A DNA stretch of 44,152 nt. Source: Thermoplasmata archaeon. GTDB lineage: Archaea > Thermoplasmatota > Thermoplasmata > Sysuiplasmatales > Sysuiplasmataceae. Both the position numbers and the translations under genes were made by a program. Below, one piece after another: positions 37,817 through 44,152 of this stretch (position 1 is the stretch's first letter; every line of letters starts with the position of its first letter). The stretch spans positions 1-44,152 of the forward strand of contig JAKABN010000002.1 of NCBI GenBank assembly GCA_021796895.1. Reading direction: 5' to 3'. Under the pieces are notes generated by a model that worked only from the letters and a program-made list of their open reading frames with translations, was not told where the DNA came from and ran no database searches.

Positions 37817-38596
37817 CTACTCGACTTTCAGCCATTTTGTAGCCATGACCGAGCCTATGAAAAGCATCATTGCGGCAAACAGCGCCAGATAGGCGAGGAG
37901 CGTCCAGTCGATGCTCCCTCCGAGCACGATGGTCCGCCCGAAGGTGGCGGAAAAGGTGACAGGATTGACGGCAGATATTGCCCTCATCCAGGCAGGGAAG
38001 TTGGCCTGCGGGAACAGCGCTGTGCTGGAGAACATGAGCGGCATTGTTATGAAGTTGGAAATTACGCCCGGAGTCTGCCAGTCGGTGCTGGCAACAGTCA
38101 GCGCCATGAACAGGGATGAGAAGCCTAGCCCGAGAAAGAACAGGGCCGCAATCCAGCCCAGCCAGAGAACCGGATTCAGAGGAAAACTGACGCCGAACAG
38201 TGCGGCGGCAGTCGCCATTACAGGCAGCTGGACCATGCCTCTCGTCGTTGATCCCATAGACTTGGCAACGAATATCGTGGCCTTGTCGGTTGGAGTGAGC
38301 AGTATGCGCTTCATGTAACCGAATCGCTTGTCCTGAATAGTGCTCATTGAGCCGAACATGCCGACTGTAAGCATTGACGTAGAGAGGACGCCGGGAAGCA
38401 GAAAGGCGACATAGCTGTATGTGTGGAAGAATCCCTCCAGGAAGGATTTCGGCGCGGACGAAAAACTGCTGCCGAAGAAAGCCAGCCACATGAACGGCTG
38501 CACGACTGTTATTGCAATAATCCAGGGATTCCTGTATGTCTTCTTTATCTCCCTCGCAAGCAGGCCGTAGAACTGGTTAAGCGTTGCGTTCCTCAT
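37817..38596 (-). CDS. ABC-2 family permease (259 aa)
   Basis: Six TM helices. N-terminal LLAREIKKTYRNPW is typical of ABC-2 permeases. 4-nt overlap with the ATPase gene. Confidence 0.75.
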   Translation of the reverse strand: MRNATLNQFYGLLAREIKKTYRNPWIIAITVVQPFMWLAFFGSSFSSAPKSFLEGFFHTYSYVAFLLPGVLSTSMLTVGMFGSMSTIQDKRFGYMKRILLTPTDKATIFVAKSMGSTTRGMVQLPVMATAAALFGVSFPLNPVLWLGWIAALFFLGLGFSSLFMALTVASTDWQTPGVISNFITMPLMFSSTALFPQANFPAWMRAISAVNPVTFSATFGRTIVLGGSIDWTLLAYLALFAAMMLFIGSVMATKWLKVE

Positions 38597-39612
38597 CGTC
38601 TCGTCATCCTCAATGTGGCATAGAACTTCCTCATATCCATCCTGCCTTCGTCGTCGCTCAGCCGCTTTCCAGTGAGGTCTATAAACACTGTCTCGAGGCT
38701 TGGCTTGTCGACGTTGATTTTCAGCACACCATCGATATTCAGGCAGGACAGGATGCGGGGCAGAACGCTCTCGGATGATGCGACTTTCAACCTCATGCCG
38801 TTCTCAGTCCTGGCCGCCTCCTGCACGCCGTCCATATGCGCAAATGTCGGCATATCTGGCTCGTAGTTCAGAGCGATTTCGACGATGTCCGCCTTCACCC
38901 TGGATTTGAGCTCCGAAGGTGTGCCCGTTGCGACGATTCTGCCATGGTCGATGATCGCCAGATTGCTGCAGAGGGCATCGGCCTCTTCTATGTAATGGGA
39001 AGTGAGCAGTATCGTGACACCGTATTCCCTGTTTATTCCTGTTATCAGCTGCCATAGCATTCTTCTCGTTCCCGGATCAAGGCCGATGGTCGGTTCATCC
39101 ATGAAAATAACCCTTGGCTGGTGCAGGAGGGCAAGTGCAATCTCAAGCTTCTTTCTCATGCCGGTGGAAAACTGCGACACCCTGCTGTTCCTTCTGTCGT
39201 ACAGCTCGAAATATCTCAGAAGGTCGAGTGCACGGTTCTTCCAGTCGCTCAGATTCTGCAGTTTCGCCTGAAGCCACAGATTCTCCATTGCAGACAGATC
39301 GTCGTCGAGTATCACCTCAGCGGCCACCCACCCTATATCCGCGCGCACGAGCTTTGGTTCCCTCCTGACGTCGTGACCTGAGACGCAAGCGGAGCCTGCA
39401 TCGGCGGGTATCAGCGCGGTGAGCACCTTTATCATAGTGGTCTTACCGGCCCCGTTGGGTCCCAGCAGACCGAAAATGGTCCCGCGCGGTACAATCATGT
39501 CTACGTTTTCCAGAGCGGTGAAACTGCCATATCTCTTCGTTATTCCTTTCGTGACTATTGCGCCTGCATCGCAATCGATCGCATCCGTGTGTGCTGTATC
39601 AGACCGTTTCAA
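38593..39612 (-). CDS. ABC transporter ATP-binding protein (DrrA-like, 339 aa)
   Basis: Walker A GPNGAGKTT, signature FSTGMRKK, Walker B IFMDEPTIGLD, H-loop TSHY. Confidence 0.9.
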   Translation of the reverse strand: MKRSDTAHTDAIDCDAGAIVTKGITKRYGSFTALENVDMIVPRGTIFGLLGPNGAGKTTMIKVLTALIPADAGSACVSGHDVRREPKLVRADIGWVAAEVILDDDLSAMENLWLQAKLQNLSDWKNRALDLLRYFELYDRRNSRVSQFSTGMRKKLEIALALLHQPRVIFMDEPTIGLDPGTRRMLWQLITGINREYGVTILLTSHYIEEADALCSNLAIIDHGRIVATGTPSELKSRVKADIVEIALNYEPDMPTFAHMDGVQEAARTENGMRLKVASSESVLPRILSCLNIDGVLKINVDKPSLETVFIDLTGKRLSDDEGRMDMRKFYATLRMTRR

Positions 39613-39615
39613 TCT

Positions 39616-40122
39616 TCAGACCCCTCCGGCGGAAATAATACGCCTCAACTCGACCCTGATCCTTTTACAGAAGAGCTTCCTCTCTTTTTCAGAAAAATGG
39701 CCTATGTGCCCTTCCGAAACAAGTGAAACGAGTCTGATGTCAGTCCTGAGTCTGTGCAGCATGAATTCCATAAGCTCTGCATCGTCCATTATTTCCATCC
39801 ATAACCTGCCCGCATCCTGAAATCTGCCCCGGGCTCTGGCCATCTTCCTTCTGAACGATTCCAGCTTCCTTTTGCCCTGCTGTGTGATATAATATACACG
39901 CCGACCTTCTTCGGTTCGCGTCTTCGCATACTTCTTTTCGACAAGCTGATGCAGCGCGGGATATATTGTTCCGGGACCCGGGGACCACGATTCTCCCGTT
40001 CTCTCCGAGATTTCAGCCGCGAGGCTGTACCCGTATACAGGACCCTCGAGCATTCTTCTGAGGGCATACATGGCTATGAGACCTGTCCGAATATTGTGAG
40101 ACCCTTCCGCTTCTCTGCGCAT
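39616..40122 (-). CDS. padR: PadR-family transcriptional regulator (168 aa)
   Basis: GPVYGYSLAAEISERTGESWSPGPGTIYPALHQLVEKKY...YYITQQGK is the PadR winged-helix signature. Lies 3 nt upstream of the ABC ATPase gene. Confidence 0.8.
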   Translation of the reverse strand: MRREAEGSHNIRTGLIAMYALRRMLEGPVYGYSLAAEISERTGESWSPGPGTIYPALHQLVEKKYAKTRTEEGRRVYYITQQGKRKLESFRRKMARARGRFQDAGRLWMEIMDDAELMEFMLHRLRTDIRLVSLVSEGHIGHFSEKERKLFCKRIRVELRRIISAGGV

Positions 40123-40143
40123 ATGACTCTGCTACAACAACCG

Positions 40144-40151
40144 ATTATAAA
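40144..40151 (-). promoter_or_regulatory. TATA box (TTTATAAT on the minus strand) about 26 nt upstream of the padR ATG, implying a leaderless transcript
   Basis: Sequence and spacing seen directly. The archaeal TATA box is centred about 26 nt upstream of the transcription start. Confidence 0.45.
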
Positions 40152-40186
40152 ACTATATCGACATCGATATCGATATCGATATAGTT
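40151..40186. repeat. 36-nt near-perfect palindrome made of six tandem ATATCG-like hexamers
   Basis: AACTATATCGACATCGATATCGATATCGATATAGTT. Its reverse complement differs at one mismatched pair (34/36 positions). It abuts the padR TATA box where the BRE would lie. Confidence 0.9.
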
Positions 40187-40357
40187 AGTGTTGATGCGGA
40201 TAGCATCTTAAAGGATGCACATCGGACGATTGAGCGGGAACGAAGCGGTTCAGCGCATAATAGCCATGGACATCACAAAGCAGCGACGGGCCGTAAACGG
40301 CTGCATTGAAGTGATGGAAGCAACAGAACGCAAACGACGACCGCCAGGGAACGCTGA

Positions 40358-41047
40358 TCAGGACGGGGCTCGAGGAACCACTGTGGCCAGTCCGCGATGG
40401 GAAGTGTAGTATACGAGAGCGCAGAAGAGGATGAAGACGGGTATGAGAACAAGATCACTCACCACAGTTACTGATTCGGCATACCAGAATGCGCAGAATG
40501 TAAGAAGAATGGATGAAACGAATATCTTCATGTTTGCCTGTTTCACCTTTCTGATTTGAGAATGGAGAATAAATGCAGCTGCTATCACAACCAGCACACC
40601 TGCAACAAGGCCAAGTACTGTTGACGAGTAGCTGTTTGGATAAAGCGCCACGAGGACTATCGCCGCTTCAAATGCCTCCACAGCCCCGACGGAAAAACCG
40701 GCTGCGAATAAACCCTTCTGCTCCTCTTGTTCCGCGTCCCTGCCTGATCCGAGACCATGGGATATCCTGACGGATCTGCGTGCGCTCTTCATGAGTCTTA
40801 AGCCGAAGTACAGGAGCAGTGTGGCCGAAATCAGCCTTACGAGAAAGATGGGAAGATACGCAATCAGGTTGCCCACTACGGCAGTTGGTATGAAAATAAC
40901 CAGCACTCCAAGCGCTATCGCAAGAAAGGCGGTAATGTTCTTGGTTTCGGCATAAAGGGCTATGCCGACAGCGGCAGCTTCTGCCATCTCCAGGATGGTT
41001 ATTCCTGCGGCGGCGAGGAATATGCCCAAATCAATCATGCTGTTCAA
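40358..41047 (-). CDS. Six-TM membrane protein with an internal 3+3 duplication (LysE/UPF0016-like fold candidate, 229 aa)
   Basis: The two halves align by eye: ...ILEMAEAAAVGIALYAE...GVLVIF... against ...AVEAFEAAIVLVALYPN...GVLVVI.... They are separated by a charged loop (RRSVRISHGLGSGRDAEQEEQK). Confidence 0.5.
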   Translation of the reverse strand: MNSMIDLGIFLAAAGITILEMAEAAAVGIALYAETKNITAFLAIALGVLVIFIPTAVVGNLIAYLPIFLVRLISATLLLYFGLRLMKSARRSVRISHGLGSGRDAEQEEQKGLFAAGFSVGAVEAFEAAIVLVALYPNSYSSTVLGLVAGVLVVIAAAFILHSQIRKVKQANMKIFVSSILLTFCAFWYAESVTVVSDLVLIPVFILFCALVYYTSHRGLATVVPRAPS

Positions 41048-41164
41048 CCAAACATCGGTATTACTTAAAGAATGGTAGCGTGCCTGGATGGGAAACCGCA
41101 GTTTGCACAGGAGAAGCCCACGAAGGCTGGTTGGGCAATATGCTGTCTATCTGGTAAGACAGGA

Positions 41165-41260
41165 CGGGCCCGCCGGGATTCGAACCCGGGACATCTGGCT
41201 CTCTTCCGGCATTAAGCACATTAGAAGGCCAGTGCTATATCCGAACTAAGCTACGGGCCC
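41165..41260 (-). tRNA. tRNA-Arg (anticodon UCU) with a 21-nt intron at the canonical 37/38 position
   Basis: Hand-folded. Acceptor GGGCCCG/CGGGCCC, anticodon stem CUGGC/GCCAG, loop CUUCUA|intron|A, T-arm CCGGG-UUCGAAU-CCCGG. 96 nt is 75 plus 21. Confidence 0.8.
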
Positions 41261-41382
41261 GTGGCAGCGTATATTCTGTCGTATTAAAAACATGCGTGGC
41301 GGTTGTTCCTGAATGACTGTGTCTGAATTTCGACAATATTCTAAATAGAGAACAAAAATATACGAGGTGTGCATGGATTGAT

Positions 41383-42168
41383 ATGCTTTTGATCACAAAC
41401 GACGATGGTGTTTACAGCCCTGGTCTCAGGGCACTTTCGGCAGCTCTTTCCAGGAAAGCGGATATAAGGGTTGTCGCACCGAAAGGGGCTCAGAGCAGCA
41501 CTGGAATGAGCATAACGTTTCACAGACCCGTACGCATAAGCAAAGTGAGCATAAAGGGTTACGAGGCAACTGCTGTGGGAGGCACTCCTGCGGACTGTGT
41601 ATTCGCATCCGTCCACAGACTGTACAGACGCAACAAGATAGACATGGTAGTTTCGGGAATAAACATTGGTGGAAACATAAGCATGCAGTCTTTTTTCTCG
41701 TCGGGCACAGTGTCGGCCGCCATGTCGGGCGCCATCATCGGCATCAAGTCCGTTGCATTCTCAAAGGAAATCGCTTCAGAGGACGAGCCGCTGACGGAAA
41801 AGGAATTTACGAGCGCGGCCTGGTGGGCAGCGAGGATTGTTTCATTCCTTATGAAGAATGGCTTTCCTGAGGATGTGGACATGCTTAACGTGAATTTTCC
41901 GGTTAACACCACCAAGAAAACGCGTGTGCGCATAACCAGGATGGCCAGCGAAATGTTTGACGACTATGTCGTTGAGAGAAAAGATCCAAGGGGAAATACT
42001 TATTACTGGCTAGCCGGGACAAAGAAGAACAGGTTTGAGCCTGACACCGATCTGCAGACCGTCCTTGGAAAATCAGAGATAAGCATAACTCCGGTGAGCA
42101 TAAAGTCCATACAGCATCACAACGCGGCGGATGTAGCGGCATTCCTCTCTCCCGTCACCGGAGAGTGA
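41383..42168 (+). CDS. surE: 5'/3'-nucleotidase SurE (261 aa)
   Basis: The N-terminal MLLITNDDGVYSPGLRALSAAL and SGINIGGN motifs are characteristic of SurE. Confidence 0.9.
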   Translation: MLLITNDDGVYSPGLRALSAALSRKADIRVVAPKGAQSSTGMSITFHRPVRISKVSIKGYEATAVGGTPADCVFASVHRLYRRNKIDMVVSGINIGGNISMQSFFSSGTVSAAMSGAIIGIKSVAFSKEIASEDEPLTEKEFTSAAWWAARIVSFLMKNGFPEDVDMLNVNFPVNTTKKTRVRITRMASEMFDDYVVERKDPRGNTYYWLAGTKKNRFEPDTDLQTVLGKSEISITPVSIKSIQHHNAADVAAFLSPVTGE

Positions 42169-42223
42169 GCCCTCCCGGGACGGGACACATACAGAGAGCC
42201 ATGGTGCCGCATGCAGCGGCCAG

Positions 42224-43816
42224 TCAGAGGTTTCTGACCGCCGCCTGCTCGATCTTTTCTTTCCTCTTCTTCCTGTTCTCTATGGACCGCATGCCCACAG
42301 AAGTCATGAACGTGAATCCGAGCGTTGAAACTATTATAGAGACAAGCGACAGCACGTATATCGTGCTGCCGAAATTCATGCCGGATTGGAGTATCAGCAC
42401 AGATATGGCTGCAACAGTGATGCCTTTAGGCATCGTTGATGCCACGAGTCCCATGTCCCCGACTGATTTCTCCGTTGAGTAACGGCTATAGAATGCGATG
42501 GGAATACCGACGCTGCCGCTCATTACTCTGAAGATCAGGAAAAGCGGAGCCATGATTATCACGAGGACTATCACACCGGCAACCTCGCTCGAGGGAATAG
42601 GCTGTACGCCCGATGGCGGTGAGAAGAACATTATACCCAGCTGTATTCCGATGCTGAAATAGAACACTATCCGTATCAGTAGTTCAAATTCGTCATGAAA
42701 AAGCATCATACCGGTGAAGGTCCGTTCGCCGGTGTCATTTGTGTCTTTGTCAATTACCGTCCTCTCTCCGCCCGGAAACAGGAAACCGATGAAGAAACCG
42801 AGGTATATCAGACCAATCAGAGTAAAGAGAATGTTCGTGAAACCTGCAAACGAGGTCAGATAGAGGATGGACTCGTACACCAGCAGGGCAATTCCGAGCA
42901 CGATGCCGTAGAGAATCATGCCCAGGCGCAGCTGTTTCTCGTTGATGTCGCCCTGTTCTTTCGATACAACGATATCATTGAGGGAGAAGAACGCGTACGC
43001 TTTGAGCTTGTTTTTTCTCCTATCCACAATCTTTCTCTTTACGCCCATCACAATCAGTTTTGAGCCCAGAAAGACAAGAGCAGGAATGCCTGCCAGGACG
43101 AAGAGCAGAACAGTCGAATGATAGACAAGAACTCCTGCGAGCGATTGATAAGTTGTACTAAAGAATGAGCCCAGTGTCGGCGAGGGATTGTTGAGAAATA
43201 TCAGATTGTAGAATATTGCAATGAACAGCAGCAGAACGATGCTGTTTACCGTCGACTCCAGCTTAAGAATGCTGGAAATCTTTTTCATATGCTCCACATC
43301 CTCGCCCCTCTCTTTGACAAGGTCCATGAGATGATTGAGGTATGGAACTACAACCGCTGCGGATGTTTCACCGAGGAGCGTACCCAGCAGCGCGCCAAAA
43401 GCCCACGGCCAGTGGAGGAGTGGTTCGCAGAGATAGCCCATGATGACTGCGGGGGGAACTATGTCCATGACAGACATTGTGATTCCCGCCAGCGCCACTC
43501 TGAGTCCAGAGCCACGCAGTGCTTTCGCGTCGGCTCCGAGTTTCAGACCCATGCCTGCGTAAATCAGCACAAGGACCAGGTTTGTAATTACAGGGATGGA
43601 AAAATCAGTCAGGAAAGAGATGAATGATCCAGGGAGATGTATTATATGGTGGTAAATGAGAAATGTGAAGAAGAAACCGACCATTATCAGCGTAATGACC
43701 TGGAAGGCAACGCCGGAATTGAGTTCATATATCGCGAAAGCGAGTACTGAACCTATCAGTATCAGGTATGTGGAAAAGAGCAGAACCAGATTAGGCGACG
43801 GATAGACTGGAGTCAT
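42224..43816 (-). CDS. Polytopic membrane protein, divergent cation/proton-antiporter (CPA)-like (~530 aa)
   Basis: More than 12 TM helices. GALLGETSAAVVVP and LKLESTVNSIVLLLF resemble the CPA (Na_H_Exchanger) TDP and ESxxND segments. Start set at MTPVYPS, with an AGGA 8 nt upstream and a TATA-like TTTTAATTAG at about 43853-43862. Confidence 0.45.
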   Translation of the reverse strand: MTPVYPSPNLVLLFSTYLILIGSVLAFAIYELNSGVAFQVITLIMVGFFFTFLIYHHIIHLPGSFISFLTDFSIPVITNLVLVLIYAGMGLKLGADAKALRGSGLRVALAGITMSVMDIVPPAVIMGYLCEPLLHWPWAFGALLGTLLGETSAAVVVPYLNHLMDLVKERGEDVEHMKKISSILKLESTVNSIVLLLFIAIFYNLIFLNNPSPTLGSFFSTTYQSLAGVLVYHSTVLLFVLAGIPALVFLGSKLIVMGVKRKIVDRRKNKLKAYAFFSLNDIVVSKEQGDINEKQLRLGMILYGIVLGIALLVYESILYLTSFAGFTNILFTLIGLIYLGFFIGFLFPGGERTVIDKDTNDTGERTFTGMMLFHDEFELLIRIVFYFSIGIQLGIMFFSPPSGVQPIPSSEVAGVIVLVIIMAPLFLIFRVMSGSVGIPIAFYSRYSTEKSVGDMGLVASTMPKGITVAAISVLILQSGMNFGSTIYVLSLVSIIVSTLGFTFMTSVGMRSIENRKKRKEKIEQAAVRNL

Positions 43817-44023
43817 CGGTTTCCTGCAGTGCGTTAGGCACAATCTTACTAATTAAAACTTATTCACACAATAACAAGTCCAATAAATGAGTTCCAATCG
43901 GAAAATTACTGCGGCCACTGTGCTACCTTGACACACGCGCGCATTACCTAAAAAGGTCGCGAAAGCCCGTGAATTCATTCGCTGGATGAAGCGACCGATA
44001 ACGTTATAGGTATCGTCGATATT

Positions 44024-44152
44024 CTATACATTGTGGAATATCGGCACAAAAGGACATCCGTATCCCTTCTCAATCTCCATTTTGTATGGTGCCCGAAGTA
44101 CAGGAGGCATCTGCTCACGGGCAAAATCAGGAAGCGCCTTGAGAAAGTTATT
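44024..44152 (-). CDS. C-terminal 42 codons of an unidentified gene running off the window
   Basis: An open frame from the window edge reads ...FLKALPDFAREQMPPVLRAPYKMEIEKGYGCPFVPIFHNV then TAG. No function recognised. Confidence 0.25.
   Translation of the reverse strand, partial: NNFLKALPDFAREQMPPVLRAPYKMEIEKGYGCPFVPIFHNV

Noticed and set aside
37565-38489. Alternative-frame ORFs 37565..38119 (+), 37791..38489 (-) and 37911..38318 (+) within the ABC-2 permease gene
   Set aside because: The 37817..38596 frame gives a clean 6-TM ABC-2 permease coupled to its ATPase. The others are Arg/His/Cys-rich and have no TM pattern or motifs.
26608-41260. tRNA genes as integration sites for a genomic island
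   Set aside because: I found no partial duplicate of either tRNA 3' half (att-like repeat), no integrase or transposase, and no obvious compositional shift next to either tRNA.
43998-44007. Perfect 10-nt palindrome ATAACGTTAT and a GGTCGC...GCGACC inverted repeat (43965-43996) in the last intergenic region
   Set aside because: They are short enough to occur by chance. The position, just downstream of a partial unidentified gene and about 180 nt from the next start, gives no clear functional reading. I scanned for a C/D-box sRNA here and found no C or D boxes.
1-44152. CRISPR arrays, IS elements, toxin-antitoxin pairs, known defence genes, replication origin (ORB repeats next to orc1/cdc6)
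   Set aside because: I saw no regularly spaced direct repeats, no terminal inverted repeats flanking a transposase-like ORF and no orc1/cdc6 gene. The only notable DNA repeat is the 36-nt hexamer palindrome at 40151-40186.

Overview
This window looks like a compact, gene-dense stretch of an archaeal chromosome. Archaeal markers are split RNA polymerase A'/A'' followed by L30e and NusA, a thermosome, an Sm protein, S17e, a ferredoxin plus geranylgeranyl reductase, mevalonate kinase, an SMC-ScpA-ScpB operon, a Hef-type helicase and an intron-containing tRNA. I call about 41 protein genes and 2 tRNA-Arg genes. Stop codons are mostly TGA, several starts are GTG or TTG, and several genes look leaderless, with a TATA-like box about 26 nt upstream of the ATG. 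I found no CRISPR array, IS element, integrase, prophage or recognisable defence genes. About half the window is housekeeping and the rest is rich in transporters: three DrrA-type ABC-2 exporters, two MFS, one APC, one CPA-like and one LysE-like protein. I cannot point to a clear-cut novel system. The best candidates are: (1) a cytosolic TraB/Tiki-family protein between two different ABC-2 exporters; (2) an 887-aa PAS-PAS-multi-GAF sensor with no output domain, sitting among isoprenoid-lipid genes; (3) a methyltransferase, mevalonate kinase and HutI-like amidohydrolase cluster with an 11-nt gene overlap; (4) a 36-nt near-perfect palindrome made of ATATCG hexamers abutting the padR-ABC promoter; (5) a helicase-only Hef; (6) a CPA-fold membrane protein that seems to lack both ion-binding aspartates. 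All functional calls come from by-eye motif recognition, with no database search.
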